Shown piece after piece: positions 29,707 to 43,946 of a stretch of 64,000 bases of DNA; the stretch's first letter is position 1, and the number at the start of each line of letters is the position of its first letter. The notes beneath the pieces were generated by a model that was not told the origin of the DNA, made no database searches, and worked only from the letters and a program-made list of their open reading frames with translations. The stretch is from NCBI GenBank assembly GCA_964016885.1, contig OZ024757.1:37200001-37264000 (forward strand), in the 5' to 3' direction. The translations under genes were made by a program, and so were the position numbers. The DNA comes from Eledone cirrhosa (Eukaryota).

Positions 29707-29865
29707 AAATTCCTAATGCAGTGTCTCCAGGAACTTACAGACCTCCACCTCGAACGAAAGAAGTTGTAGTGAAGGGTCAAGTTATCAAGCTGAAGTATTG
29801 CTTTACCTGCAAGATATTTCGGCCACCTCGTGCTTCACACTGTAGTTTATGTGATAATTGTGTTG
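29707..29865 (+). CDS. ZDHHC14: ZDHHC14-like exon 3 (first half of DHHC cysteine-rich domain)
   Basis: tttcAG acceptor, GTAAGT donor, 159 nt, phase-compatible with exon 2. Reads (E)[52 protein letters not shown]. Confidence 0.97.
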
Positions 29866-32800
29866 GTAAGTTATTATTATTATTATTCGAGGTTAACTTT
29901 GCCTTTCATCCTTACGGGGTTGATAAAATAAAGTACCAGTAATACACCGGGTAATTGCTGGCCTTGTGCCAAAAGTAGAAACAATTATTATTATTATTGT
30001 GGTTTGGCAGTATCGGTAGAGCGTCAGACACCATGCTTTGCGGCATAGAGTTACGGCCCTTTACGATCTGAGTTCAAATCCCGCCGAGGTTAACTTTGCC
30101 TTTCATCCTTACAGGATCGATAAAATGAAGCACCAGTAACATACTGGGGTCGATTTAATTGACTTTCCCCTCATCAAATGGAACAAAACCGTCTAACCCA
30201 TACTAGTGTGGAAAATGGACGTTAAACAATGATGATGATGATGATGATGATGATATAGCCTCCTGTCATTTTACTCTAATAATTTATTCCGTTCTTGCAC
30301 CACCAAGATTCAACATTGAAGATGGATGAGTTGCATAATGTTGAGTGCTTTTCCTAATATGACATCATGGTGCTTTTCCTAATATGACCGGTTCTATCCA
30401 GTGGTGAACCACCAAACTTGAATATATATATATGTAGGTGTCACGACAAAACACACACACAGTCCACACTGTAATGTGGTCGTGTAGGTAACACGGTAAA
30501 AAGCTCCCAGTCCACACATGTAAATGTGGTTGGTGTTAGGAAGGGCATCCAACCGTAGAAAACCTGCCAGATAGTCCTATACGAGCGAGACACGGTCACC
30601 CGACCAATCTTGCCTCAAGTGGGACAATTCCCATCTAACCCATGCTAGCCTGGAAGATAGATATTAAACGATGATGATGATGGAGGAGGACAGCTCAGCT
30701 AACCCATTCAAGTATAGAAGATAGATGTTAAACTGTGATGGTGTGTGATTTGATAGGAGGCCTTTATATTTAAATTCACTAAACACAGCTGAAGTTACTC
30801 TTTCAGATATTTTCCCAGTTTTTCTCTCCATTCTCTTTTCTTTCTTCCTTTCTTTCTTTGTTTCTCTCTTCTTTCTTTATTCTTTCTCTTTCTCCTATCT
30901 TCTTTCCTTCCATTCCTCCTTTCTCTCATACACTCTATCTCTCTTTCACTCCCTCTCATTTACTCTCTCACACACTCTCTTTCACACATTCTCACACACA
31001 CACTCTTTCACACATTCTCACACACACACTCTTTCACACATTCTCACACACACACTCTTTCACACATTCTCACACACACATTCTCACATACACACTCTTT
31101 CACACATTCTCGCACACACTCCCCTCCTGTCCACCCCTCCCCCTGTCCACCACATCCCAATATTGTCACTATCAGCTGTAAACTAGTCATTTAGTCATTC
31201 TATTGAAGCCCTGTAACTAGGGACCCCTTCAATTACCACAATCCCCTTCATAGTCCCCCTCCCCCACTTCCATCACAGGCCTCCACCCCACATCAGTCTC
31301 TCCCTCCCCAACTCCAGACCCTCTCCACAATCCCACCATAGTCTCCAACCCCCCTTTCAACCCTTACTACAGTCCCACAGCCATCTACTGTTCCACTACT
31401 ACCACCACCACCACCACTACCACCATTGCCATCATGATCATCATCATCATCATCGCAACACCGACCCCCATAACCTGCAACCCTTAACCCCCCCACTGTT
31501 CCCCACCCCCATCACAATCCCTCACCCCCATCCATACATCCTCCCACACAGTTCTTCTCAGCCCCCCCCCCCCTCCACCACCACCACCACCATAGTCTCT
31601 CCATCCCCACCACTTCCTGCTATATAAAGTCCCACAGTCCTTCTTTACACTTTTCCCTCCCCTCCCCTACCCCCTCACCACCACCACCACCACCACTATT
31701 TAACCCCCCCCCCCCTGCCTGATACCCTCCACAATTTCCAGCCCCCCCCCCCCCCCCGCCCGTCAAGCCCACCACCACCACCACCACCACCAGACAGACA
31801 TAATTGCCATGCAACAGTTCAACAGACCCCCCCCTCTCCACGCTGCCCCTTATATCCTTACTAACACCTCACATCTCTCTCTCCCTCTCTCTATATATAT
31901 ATTATATATATATATATATTTATTGATGAGTCAAACTTTTCTACTCCTGATACTGTTGTTGCTACTACTACTACTATTACCACCACTACTAACTACTACT
32001 ATTACTACTACTATGAGGACCACTACCTTCACCACCACCATCATCAATACCACCACGACCATCATCACCGTCACTACTACTACTGCTACCATCACCACCA
32101 CTTCTACTACTACCACCACCACTATCACCACAACCACCATCACTATCACCACAACCACCACTACAACACCACCCCTACAACCATTACTACAACCACAACC
32201 ACCACTACAACTACCACAACCACCACAACCACCACAACCACCACAACCATATCAATCAACAGCAACTCTCATAGATTTCCTAACAAACCATTTTCTTTTC
32301 TTTTAGCTTTCCACCTGCTGAAGTGGTTATTGCACTCAAGAAATCATTATTTTCTCTCCTTCCTTCCTTCCTTCCTTCTCTCTGTCTGTCTGTCTCTCTC
32401 CATCTCTCTCTCTCTCTCTGACTCTCTCTCTCTCTCCCTTTATCTATGTTTACCTCTACTCTATCCCACTGTGTCAACATTTGAGATGTGTGTGTCTGTG
32501 GGTATGTTGTGTCACTGCTAAATTAAGTGACCTTATTCACAATCATATTGAAATATAGTTGATCCCTACCTCTCCATTTGGGTGTGTGACAGCTCACACC
32601 TATGCAGGTTTAGCTGGCCTTCTCCAAGGTATATCTTGTTGGAGGTGTCTAGGGTGATTTAATGATAGGGACCCAGTCCTATCATCTCATTTTTACAGCT
32701 GAGTAAACTGGGGCAATGTGAAATAAAGTGTCTTGCTCAAGGAAACAACACATCACCTGGTCCAAGAATTGATCTCACAACCTTTCGATTGCAAGGCCAA

Positions 32801-33590
32801 TGCTATAACCACTAAGCCATACTTGAAATATAGAATCAAGTGATTAAATTTTAGAATGGCTTTTATCATTTAATCTCTCTCTATATACAATTCTTTATCT
32901 CTGTCTGTTTGTCTTTTCTTTATGCATTCTCAAATGGCTGACCAAATCAAATCAAATCAAATCAAATTTTACAAAGTATTAGACTCCGGGATTAACAACA
33001 TGTAATTTTTATTTTCATTTGGATTAAAACAATATAACATTTTATCTAAAATAATCTACTGTAGTCAACTATAATAAATGGACATTTTATAACACGATGA
33101 CTACGATAATGTCACATTTTGTATGAGTGTGTATCTGTCTGTGAGTATGTGTGTGTTTGCATGTTTGTTACATACGTTAGGCCTTAGTAAGTTACACACA
33201 GGTCAGTGTTAATCTGGAAGAGCTCTATCATAATTCTATATATGAACTTTTATCCCATTTGTTATGAAATACACTGCTTATAATTTCCAAATCATTTTGA
33301 AAATAATCAAGAATTTGAAGGGATTTAGTGATAGAACTAACCTTTTCATTATTAAGTTGGTGTTTGGAACATAACATAATAAAGGTTCTTATATAAAATT
33401 ATGTTGGAAGGTTTTTAGATAAATATAAACATTTTATCATAGAATTAGGGGCAATTTGGTATTGGAAAGGTTTTAAGTTATGCTTCTAAATACCAGATTG
33501 ATAACAGGAAAGTTTTCAAAATTATTTGAAAAATCACAGAAAGTACTTTACATTAGAAATGCAGTAACAAATAGTTAAAAACTACTTTAA

Positions 33591-33798
33591 CCCTTTAGCA
33601 TTTAAACTGGCTGTATCCAGCCAGAATCCTCTCACCTCTTTCTGTTCAAACCGGCTGTAACTGGCTGCTAGAACTTATGTTAAGATATTGTTCTCAAAAT
33701 AAATAATATCAAAATCTCATAGATTCAATATTATGAGAGATAAAGCCTTTACCATGAAAATGCCATAGTATATACAGAGTAATGTAAATGGTAAAGGG
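33591..33798 (+). mobile_element. piggyBac-type MITE, complete copy
   Basis: TTAA-CCCTTTAGCATTTA...TAAATGGTAAAGGG-TTAA. Confidence 0.85.
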
Positions 33799-35479
33799 TT
33801 AAATTATGCTTCCAAACACCAGATTAATAACAGGAAAGTTATTTATATTACTAAATTCCTCCAAATGGTTGATTGTTTTCAAAATTAATTTCAAAATCAC
33901 AGGCTGTGCCTTACATTAGAAATAGAGTAACAAAATAGCTAAGAACTATCTTAAAAGATATGATAATTTCTAGATGATCCCCCTCCTCCAGACCCAATCC
34001 TAGAAGGGAAGGGATGGGATGGGATCTCCAGACAACTCCCTTACCTTACCCTAGCAGTTATATTGACTGATGAGTCATCAGCAGTAACAATTGAGAGTTC
34101 ATATCAAGTTCACTAGAATGTGTTGCCTGATAGAACTGGTTAGAATATATTTCTTATGTAAAATTCTGGTGAAAGCTTTTAATTTTAAAATGGACAGTTT
34201 TGTTTTACCGAACTAGAGGCAGTTTTGGGTGGTTTGAGCCAGGTTAATTTAGTGCCTGTTTAATGTGTTTATTACACAAAACCTTAACCCTTTAGCATTT
34301 ACATTACTCTATATTTACTATTATATTTTCATGGTAAAAGCTTTATCTTACATAATATTGAATCTAATGAGAACCATTAAGTTTGAAATGCATCGACAGT
34401 TAACCCCTTTGCTTCTGCTGGACACTTCTTGGCGGCGCTGATCGCCAGTGTTCTACTCATAGCTGTGGCTTCCAAAATGTTTATTTATAAACATACCGTA
34501 TATCTTTAGATATACAAAATTCACATATTTGTATACAGCTATGTCAAAGCTAAATTCTAATTCTTAATTAAATAATTTCTGTCGATGAAGACACCACTAA
34601 TTACCTTGGACTTTGGCTTTATTTATTCCATTCCAAAGCTATGAATTACAAGACTGCCATTACTTTCAGAAATGAATTATACCACTTTTGGTAATTATTT
34701 AGAGTTAAGTGGACTCATTATTGTAAATGGCATTGTGAGTTAAGTGTCTTGGCCACAGACACCAATACAACACCAGGAACTAGGCTCAAATTATTGATAG
34801 TTTGCCAGGTTCACCAGTACTTGGACAATTTTCTCCTCTTTCTATGCCATTAACCCTTTCCATACTCATTTGACAGAGTCTACCCTGGTTCTGTGATACC
34901 AACCTGGTCAAAACCAGCTTTGGTTCTAGGATACAAAGCCTCCCCTGCCCCCATTTTCAAGGCTTCTTATTTAAATTAAAATCTTCTTCTTCTTTGCCCA
35001 CTTATTCCTGTGAGGACCGTGGAGGCAGAGTCCTCAAACACTCCTTTCAGCAGGTCCTGTTAGAAGCAAGTGAGACCAACCAAGCTCATAGATGTTATTC
35101 AACTATCTTGCTTGAGGTCTACCCCTCGGTCTCCTGCCGGTCAGTATTACCCGTAAAATCTGCCAGCGATTATTTCCTGAGATATTCGAACCACATGTCC
35201 ATAGAATCAGAGCTGTGATCTTTCTTTTTGGAGAAGTAGCAGCTCTACCTGGAGTGACACTCTAATCTCCGAGCTATGTACTCTATCGAGTAATGTTACT
35301 CCAAAGACCCTTCGGAGGAATCACATTTCGGCCGCTTGTATTCACGATCGTATTCTTTTGAATTTTTATTAAATAATTACCTCTGGTCCATCTGATATGT
35401 CAGTAATTCCACTTGAGTACTGATTCCATCTCTAAATACCCATCCTAACCTTTGATAGCAGGGAGGTAAAGACCCCCTT

Positions 35480-35860
35480 CAGTCACGAATGACCATGGGA
35501 TTTGCACCTAGAAAGTTCCCCTCCGAGGCACAAGTCCGGGCAAGGTTGTTTGTGGAAGACCTGTAGTCACCCATGCATACCAGTCTCCCCTCTCCACACC
35601 ACTGATGTTCAAGAGAAAGACATCATATATATAATATATATATTTGATATACACTATATATGATGTTGTCCAAGAGAAAGGCAATGGCTGATACAGCTTG
35701 ACACCAGTGACGTGACAACTCATTTCTACAACTAAGCAAACTGGTGCAACGTGAAATAAATTATCTTGTTCAAGGACACAACGCATCGCCCGGTCCGAGA
35801 ATTGAACTCACAACCTTACAATTGCAAGCCCAATGCTCTAACCACTAAGCCATGCAACTT
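35480..35860 (-). mobile_element. tRNA-derived SINE, family B
   Basis: Minus strand TGGCTTAGTGGTTAGAGC A-box, GAGTTCAATTC B-box, gtccttga(g/a)caaga core. Copies at about 24355(+), 32665(-), 41880(-), 48580(-). Confidence 0.8.
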
Positions 35861-36669
35861 CAGGGAAGACCAACATTGAATGATGATGATGATGATGATG
35901 AATAAACTTTCCTTTCTCTTTCATCACAATTCTATTTTATCATTTCATTTTTTGTTGTTGTTGTTCCTCCTACTGATTATGTTGTTGTTGTTGTGGTTTG
36001 AGTTCAGGTAAAGGTCAAGCAGGATAAAAAATAAACAAAAACACTTGTATGAAGAAAGAAGATAACACATCTTAATACTATATGGAAAATGAAATAGTCA
36101 TATATATGTAGGTCAATATTCATCTTTTTCCAATTCTCCGAGGCTAAATAATTTCTTTAATTTCTTTAATTTCTTTAGTCAAAATACGGTGATAGCTTAC
36201 ATTTCTAATAATTTCAAACCAACTCACTGTTTCGAAAATATTCTTACATATATATATATATATATATATATTTATTTATTTATATTTATTTGTATATATA
36301 TATTTATTTATTTATATTTATTTATTTATATTTATTTGTATATATATATATATATATGTATATTTATTTATATTTATTTGTATATATATATATATTTATT
36401 TATTTATATTTATTTGTATATATATATATATATTTATTTATATTTATTTGTATATATATATATTTATTTATTTGTATATATATATATATATATATATTTA
36501 TTTATTTATTTATATTTATTTGTATATATATATATATTTATTTATATTTATTTGTATATATATATATGAAACATTTCTAATCCTGAAGTCATTTCTATAT
36601 ATTAAATTTGATGCAGCAGTGATAGATGTGGTCGGGATTTTACCTATCTGTGTGTGTGTGTATATATAT

Positions 36670-37015
36670 CATCATCATCATCATCGTTTAACGTCCATCT
36701 TCCACGCTTGCATGGGTTTGGACGGGAGTTTTCCCACTTGAGGTAAGAGTGGTTGTCTTGCTCGTATAGGACTGTCTGGCGGGTTTTCTACGGCTGGATG
36801 CCCTTCCTAACATCAACCACGTTTACAGTGTGGACTGGGAGGTTTTTACCGTGTTACCTACACGGCCACATTACAGCGTGGACTGTGTGTTTTTTTGTCG
36901 TGACACCTACACAACCTCATTTGTTTCGGACTGGATGTTGTGGTACCAACATAACTTTACATCGAATGGGGTGGTGTGGATGGGGTGGGGGTAGTGGGAT
37001 GGGGGTGTATTTTTG
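36670..37015 (-). mobile_element. SINE-like repeat, close inverted match of 2360-2680
   Basis: The ORF translations at 2409..2642(-) and 36753..37058(+) are nearly identical. Confidence 0.82.
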
Positions 37016-37671
37016 TTATATATATGAATTTTTTTTAAAAACCAACAATCGATCTTGATTGATATTATTTAACTGGATTGGCAGTATCGGTAGAGGGTCG
37101 GACGCCATGCTTTGAAGCATAGAGTTACGTCCCTTTACGATCCGAGTTCAAATCCCGCCTAGGTTGACTTTGCCTTTCATCCTTACGGGGTCGATGAAAT
37201 AAAGTACCAGTAATGCACTGGGTAATTGCTGGCCTTGTGCCTAGAGTAGAAACAATTATTTAACTGAAATGACTGCTTTAGGGATATTTCTGCCACTGCT
37301 GCTGTTGCTGCAAGAGATGATGCTGTGTGTTGTCTCTTGGAATGTCTGTTGACTTGAGGAAGATTTGTTTATTCAGTCTGTGTGGATTAGGAGGAAGACT
37401 GTGTTGATGTGTTGAGAATGTGACTCACTGTTTTGAATGTATTGGATATATTGATATTGTGGCTACCTATTAAGGCTGCTCCATCATAAAGTGACCACAA
37501 TGTCTTACACTGTATATATATAATGTGTATTTATATATATATATATATATATATAATGTATATTCTGCATATACCAGCTTTTTGAAGTTCTTATCTATTA
37601 ATATATATATGTATATGCGTATGTATATATATATATATATATAATATATATATGTATATATATATATAATG

Positions 37672-37702
<31 letters not shown>

Positions 37703-37754
37703 TATAATGGTCCAATCCTATATATGTATATATATATATATATATAATGGTCCA

Positions 37755-37791
<37 letters not shown>

Positions 37792-38559
37792 AATTTATAT
37801 CTAGTAACATTTATATACACACAGATGCATATCAATGCTAGCAAATATATAGGTTATATACATATATATATATCATCATCACTGTTTAATTCCAGATTGG
37901 TTTCTTTGTAAAAAATCAGTTTCAATTGAGAAAGTATCACCGTCATCATCACCATCACTGTTTAATGTCCATGTTTCTACACTAGCATGGGTTAGACGAG
38001 TTCCGTGACAAGCCAGGTCAGATGACCATGTCTTGTTCATGCTCATACAGAACTGTATTTGGCTTGGTTTCTCTTGCTTTCTATTAATTAAAACTGTTTG
38101 TTGTTTTTCTTTTGCTCTTTAGTTTTTGTTTTTAACCTGTTGACTGCTGTGTATATTTTACACAGCTACAGTTGATGTGCTGGTTTCTTTTTCTCAGTAA
38201 AATGACTATATTGATTGACAAACATTTATTAACAACACATCTAGCTCTGAAGTTATGAACTGTTGGAAACGAGTCCTCGTTTGGACCATATCCTTGTGGT
38301 TGTGTTCATTATCTATAGAGTTTCCATAGTTATGTAGAAATACCATTCTTACAGATTATACTTTGTATATAACACATTATGTCTCTAAAACTATCTTCCG
38401 CTTATTCTCCTCTCCCTCCTCCTTTCCTTGTTCCACTCTCTCAGCTCTCCCACTTTGAAGTTATGAACTGGTTGAAAAGAGTTCAATCATGTTAGGAAAA
38501 GTTATCTCTTCCGTGGCACTGAAGAAGTTAATAAGACTTTCTTTATCGTTTATTTTCAG

Positions 38560-38697
38560 ATCGATTTGATCACCACTGCCCCTGGGTTGGAAACTGTGTT
38601 GGCAGGAGAAACTATAGATATTTTTACCTCTTCATATTGTCTTTATCTGTGCTATGTATTTACATATTTGCTTGTGTTTTGACTCATCTTATATTGC
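38560..38697 (+). CDS. ZDHHC14: ZDHHC14-like exon 4 (catalytic DHHC motif and TM3)
   Basis: ttttcAG acceptor, GTAAGT donor, 138 nt. Reads [46 protein letters not shown](R). Not in the ORF track; read by hand. Confidence 0.97.
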
Positions 38698-39244
38698 GTA
38701 AGTATCTCTTTTGCATATTCACAAATTAGAAATGAGATGAATGTGCGTGTATTATATATATATATATTTATATATATATATATATATAGACACACATACC
38801 TACATATATACAGACACACATATATATATATACACACACACACATATATACATAACCACATATATGTGTGTGTGTATATATATGCATGTATACATCTGTC
38901 TGTGTGTGTGTATGTATATATATATATATATATATTTATTAGTGATAGCACCAAAGTAATGTCTACTTATTAATGAAAACATATATGGGGTTCAAATACA
39001 AGGTGTTTGCTAATAATAAGACAGCGATTTCAGGCAGTTTGGTATCATAAGGTTTCAATATTTTCCCTGAAAAGAAAAAGTGGCTGGTCACAACTGACCT
39101 CCTTTTAATGATAGTTCTGCACTTGATCAGGATTGACCTGGGGTTAAACAAAGGCATAACAACAACAACAACAACCAATTGTTAATTCAATAATATTCAA
39201 ATGTGTAGTTTATTTTTTCCATTTCACATAAAAAAATACTACCC

Positions 39245-39275
<31 letters not shown>

Positions 39276-40609
39276 AAATCAAAACCTATAAAATAATTCC
39301 AAAAATCTTTTTATTTGTTCTGATTCATTATATTTCCCATGAAACAGACTTTCCATGTGGCTATGAAATAGTTAAGTTGATATCAGATATTCAATGAACA
39401 AATAAACTACCAAGATTAAAGAAGACAAAAAAGAAAATGAAAATATGTGTGTGTGAAAGAATGTAGAACATGGTGAAATAAAATGCATGCGCAGCAGAAC
39501 AAAAAGAAAAAGTGAAGTTAACGTGCAACAAACGAAATCTTGTATATGCCCTACAAGAAAATAGTGAAAGTTCACAAACTGCAACAATACAAAACTGAAT
39601 GAGATGAAGATTTTCAGTGAAATTACTATTGTAAGAGTTTGTGGTTTGGGAATGTCAAAGTATGGTGGTGGTGGTGGTTGTTGTTGTTGGTGTCTTCTTC
39701 CTCTTACTCCTACTCAGCCTCATCCTCCTACTCTTTCCTGTGTTGTTTGTTAGGATTGGGAGACATCACAGCAAATGGTACAGTACACTTTCTCTCTTTT
39801 CGCTATCACTTCTTTCCCTCATGGCATTTTGATAGATGAAAGGCTATGGGCGCGCTATGGATAGATGTTCCGTTTATAATGCGCCGAAACATCCATGATC
39901 CTTAGTAAACAGATGACGAAGGGAAACTGTCCATCTCTTGATTGTGCCGCCTTACCTTCTAACACTCGTTATCAGTAACCACACAGCCTCGCCTTCCTCA
40001 ATATATATATATATATATAAGTAGAAGGGGTATTTAATTTGTTGGAAATCCGACAAATATAAATATAAATGTTTATAACTGATTTAGAGCACTCAACAGT
40101 TTCCTGGAGTAAATATTCAATGATATTAAATAAATGGAAACTATATTTATAAACCCATATTTATTTTATTAATATATATTTCAAGGGTATTTATTTATTT
40201 ATCTACTTATAAACGAATGAAAAATATTATATTATAAACAAATTTTAAACAACTGATAATCATATAATATCCTTTTAATATAAATACACATAATATTAAA
40301 ATATATATTTACATATAAATATAGGTAATTGTCCGAATATATTTCCCTCAAATTAACGTTATATGAGTTTTTATTCATCTTTGGTTTTTTCCTTCTCTCT
40401 CTCTCTCTCTCACTATTTTGTCCTTCTCTTCTCTCTTTTTTCTCTCCATGGTCTTTTAAATAAACGGTTTTTCAATTATTTACATATTTATTAGCATATT
40501 CACCCATAAGTTTGAAAAATCCCTAATACATTTCCACTATCCAGTGGATATCCAATTGATAAGGTATGATTTTCCTGGGTATGTCTCTATTTATAAAACA
40601 AATTTTGTA

Positions 40610-40668
40610 TTTTATCTGAAGATAGCGTACCAAAGTCTTTTGGTACCCTTGAAATATATATAATAAAA
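40610..40668 (+). ncRNA. Type I minimal hammerhead motif (sense strand, intron 4)
   Basis: TTTTAT-CTGAAGA-[TAGCGTACCAAAGTCTTTTGGTACCCTT]-GAAA-TATATA-TA-ATAAAA. Confidence 0.72.
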
Positions 40669-41078
40669 TAAATATGGGTTTATAAATATAGTTTCCATTC
40701 ATTTAATATCATTGTATACATACATATATATATATATATATATAAAGCGAGTATTGCACCAAGAAAAGTATAAACATCGGTGTGAAAGATTAGGAATTTA
40801 TTTGCTTTAACATATGTTTCTGTGTCTATTTTAATCGTCTACATATGCTGACTACAATATATAGTGTTCAGTCACACTTCATCAGAAAGCCTATAATTAT
40901 GGATGTGACTATTCATATATGTATATATATTTATTTACATATGTGTATATATGGGTATTTATGTATATCAATGTATATTTATATACATGTATATGCATCT
41001 GTGCATGTTTGTGACTTTTTATATGTGTGTGTATATATACATACATCTACTTACTGTTACGTCCAATTTTCTTTTCAG

Positions 41079-41127
41079 GTGCTCAACATAATAATTTTCT
41101 CACAGTAATGCAAGAATCTCCAGCCAG
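41079..41127 (+). CDS. ZDHHC14: ZDHHC14-like exon 5 (TM3-TM4 loop), followed by a U12 AT donor
   Basis: cttttcAG acceptor, 49 nt. Reads (R)AQHNNFLTVMQESPA(S), comparable to vertebrate RSQQTGFLNALKDSPAS. Immediately followed by ATATCCTTTG. Confidence 0.92.
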
Positions 41128-41137
41128 ATATCCTTTG
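41128..41137 (+). promoter_or_regulatory. U12-type (minor spliceosome) AT-AC 5' splice site
   Basis: ATATCCTTTG matches the RTATCCTTT consensus at the position and phase (2) the protein requires. Confidence 0.93.
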
Positions 41138-41729
41138 AAAATCTAATACAGATGTTTGATAATTATAATTCCTTTTAGAAAAATTTATATATATATTTTT
41201 TACAGTAATCTGGTCCATGTATGGGTGTATATGGATGAATGTGTATAAACATTTATGTATGTGTGTCTGTGTCTGTATGAATGTGCGTATATGTATGTTT
41301 ATATGAATGTATGTATGTGTGTTTGTCTATGAATGTGTGTATATGGATGTATGTGTATATACATGTATGTATTTGTGTCTATGTTTGACCGTGTTTGTAT
41401 GTATGTATTTGTCTAGATGTAAGTATGTATGAATATGTGTATATAAGAATGTCTGTATATATACATATGTGTGAATGTGTGAGTATATGTATGTATATAT
41501 ATATGTGTGTGTGTAAATTTGTTTGTGTATATATATGTGTGTGTGTGTAAGTTTGTTTCTGTATATCACTCTTGCTACAAATCTTTGTGCAGTTATCAAG
41601 TTTCTTTCCATCACAGTTATTACCGTACACAGGAATTTTGTTACTAAAATTGATTTTAATCCAATCCAGGTTTCTAAAGTTGCCTCTCTTGATCATCTTG
41701 TCATGTCAGTTATTGTATTTCATTTTACA

Positions 41730-42052
41730 TTTTACATCTGCTTTTCCCTGCTTGCAAGGGTGGGACGGGAACTGATTCTGGCTTGATTTCTACAGCTGGA
41801 TGCCCTTCCTAACACCAACCTCATTTACAGTGAGTGCTGGGTGCTTTTTTTCCGTGGCACCTCCACGACCACTTTGCAGTGGAATGATAGGGACCCCGGT
41901 CCCTATCATCTCATTTCTACAGCTGATTAAACTGGAGCAATGTGAAATAAAGTGTCTTGCTCAAGGAAACAACACATCACCCGGTCTGAGAATTGAACTC
42001 ACAACCTTTCGGTTGCAAGGCCAATGCTCTAACCACTAAGCCATGTGCCTCC
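41730..42052 (-). mobile_element. Composite SINE (family B head, aggaagggcatcc core, RTE-like tail)
   Basis: Close match to 48410-48752; tail shared with the RTE fragments (cccacccttgcaagcagggaaaa). Confidence 0.8.
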
Positions 42053-42054
42053 AT

Positions 42055-42760
42055 ATATATCTAATACTAAAGATCTACCTACCCTCCTATACAAGTACTG
42101 TGACACTAAAAGGAACTATAGTGACTGACTCAAGGCTATAGTGTTGGCAGTCAAACAGATAATATAGGGCTCAACAGAACCCTTTGGTTTGAATGAGTGT
42201 GTGACAACCTCTCTTTATCATCTTGTTTTGTCGGTTATATATGTGATACTAAAGCCCCACCTATACTGTACAAGCCCTGTGACACAAAAGGGGAAATGTG
42301 GTGAGTAAGCTGTGGCTATTGAATAGAGGTAATATAGGTTTTAAGAGGACCCTTCATTTTGGATGACAAAGTAACAATCTCTCTTTATCATCTTGTTATG
42401 TTAGCTATTGTATATCTAATACTAAAGATCCACCATATTGTTCAATTACTGCTAAAACAACTCGCTAAAAGGATATATAGGAAGTGAGCAGAAACTAGAG
42501 TTTTGGCTAAGGAGTAGAGACACTATAAGGTTTAAAAGGACCCTTCAGTTTGGCTGAGCATATAACATCTTCTCTTTATGATCTTGTCATGTCAGCTATT
42601 GTATATCTAATACTAAAGACTCACTTCCCTGTACAAGTACTGCGCCACAAAAGGGAAACGGGGAGTGTTGGCTAAGGAACAGAGGCAGGGGGACTCTTCA
42701 GTTTGGCCGAGCATATAACAACTTCTCTTTATCATCAATCCATGTCAATTATTATATATC
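42055..42760. repeat. Diverged ~180-bp tandem repeat, 4 copies
   Basis: tatatctaatactaaag...ctctttatcatcttg recurs near 42055, 42237, 42411 and 42602. Confidence 0.75.
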
Positions 42761-43310
42761 TATGGTCTCTCTACCTCTCTACTTCTGTCAGGTCCATCTC
42801 TCTACTTCTGTCAGGTCCATCTCTCTAATCTGTCAGGTCCATCTCTCTAACAACCAATCTGAATCCAAGATATTTCCTTGCTTTAATTAAGAAACAATTT
42901 CACTCAAATCATTTCCTCATTGTCTTGTCTCTCTTTTTACGTTATTATTGTAAAGACCAGTGCAGTTGGTTTTAAATGGCTGGTAATCCGTAATCGACCA
43001 AATTAAATGCATTATCTTCATCATCATCATCATCACCACCACCATCATTATCATCATCATCAGACAATGGATTGGCTGTATACGTTGTGTGTTGAACAAA
43101 ATGTCTGTATGGTATTGAGCTTCTTACAACTTTCCACGTTCTGAGTTCAAATCCTATTTGTTACTATTCCAAGGATTAGTGATTACGGAGCTATCGAAGG
43201 ACAACCCTACTGAAGTAAACCCCTTGTTGAGTCAACCACCACTGTATGCTGAAACAGCCCTCGTTAAAAGTTACTCTGACCCTGAACTAGGGAAACTGAT
43301 ATCTCATATA

Positions 43311-43373
<63 letters not shown>

Positions 43374-43661
43374 CCAGGGAGTGTAAAGTGAAGTTACTGT
43401 AGGTTTACCCATATGTATATGTATTTGTATATATGTGTATATATATATATATATATGTATGTGTGTATATATATGTATGTGTGTATATATGTATATATAT
43501 ATATATGTATTTATATATATGTATATATATATGTATGTGTGTATATATGCATATGTATATATGCATATAAATATGTATGTGTGTATATATGCATATGTAT
43601 ATGTGCATTTATATATATGTGTGTATATATGCATATATATATATATGAATGTGTGTATATA

Positions 43662-43705
<44 letters not shown>

Positions 43706-43750
43706 ATTGATATTATATAAAGGGAAACTATATTTATAAAACCATATTTA

Positions 43751-43808
43751 TTCTATTATATATATTTCAAGGGTACCAAAAATTTTGGTACGCTATCATC
43801 AGATAAAA
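43751..43808 (-). ncRNA. Type I minimal hammerhead motif, left arm of large palindrome
   Basis: Reverse complement of the 43947-44004 motif. Confidence 0.7.
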
Positions 43809-43946
43809 TACAAAATGTTTCATAAATATTTGACATGACCAAGGATGATATACCTTAACGGTTCAAGTTATCCCTGGAAAGTTATCCCTTGAACCGTTAA
43901 GGTATATCATTCTTGGTCATGTCAAATATTTATGAAACATTTTGTA

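Noticed and set aside
41880-42052. tRNA genes at A-box/B-box motifs
   Set aside because: No full cloverleaf; the motifs are heads of multi-copy SINEs.
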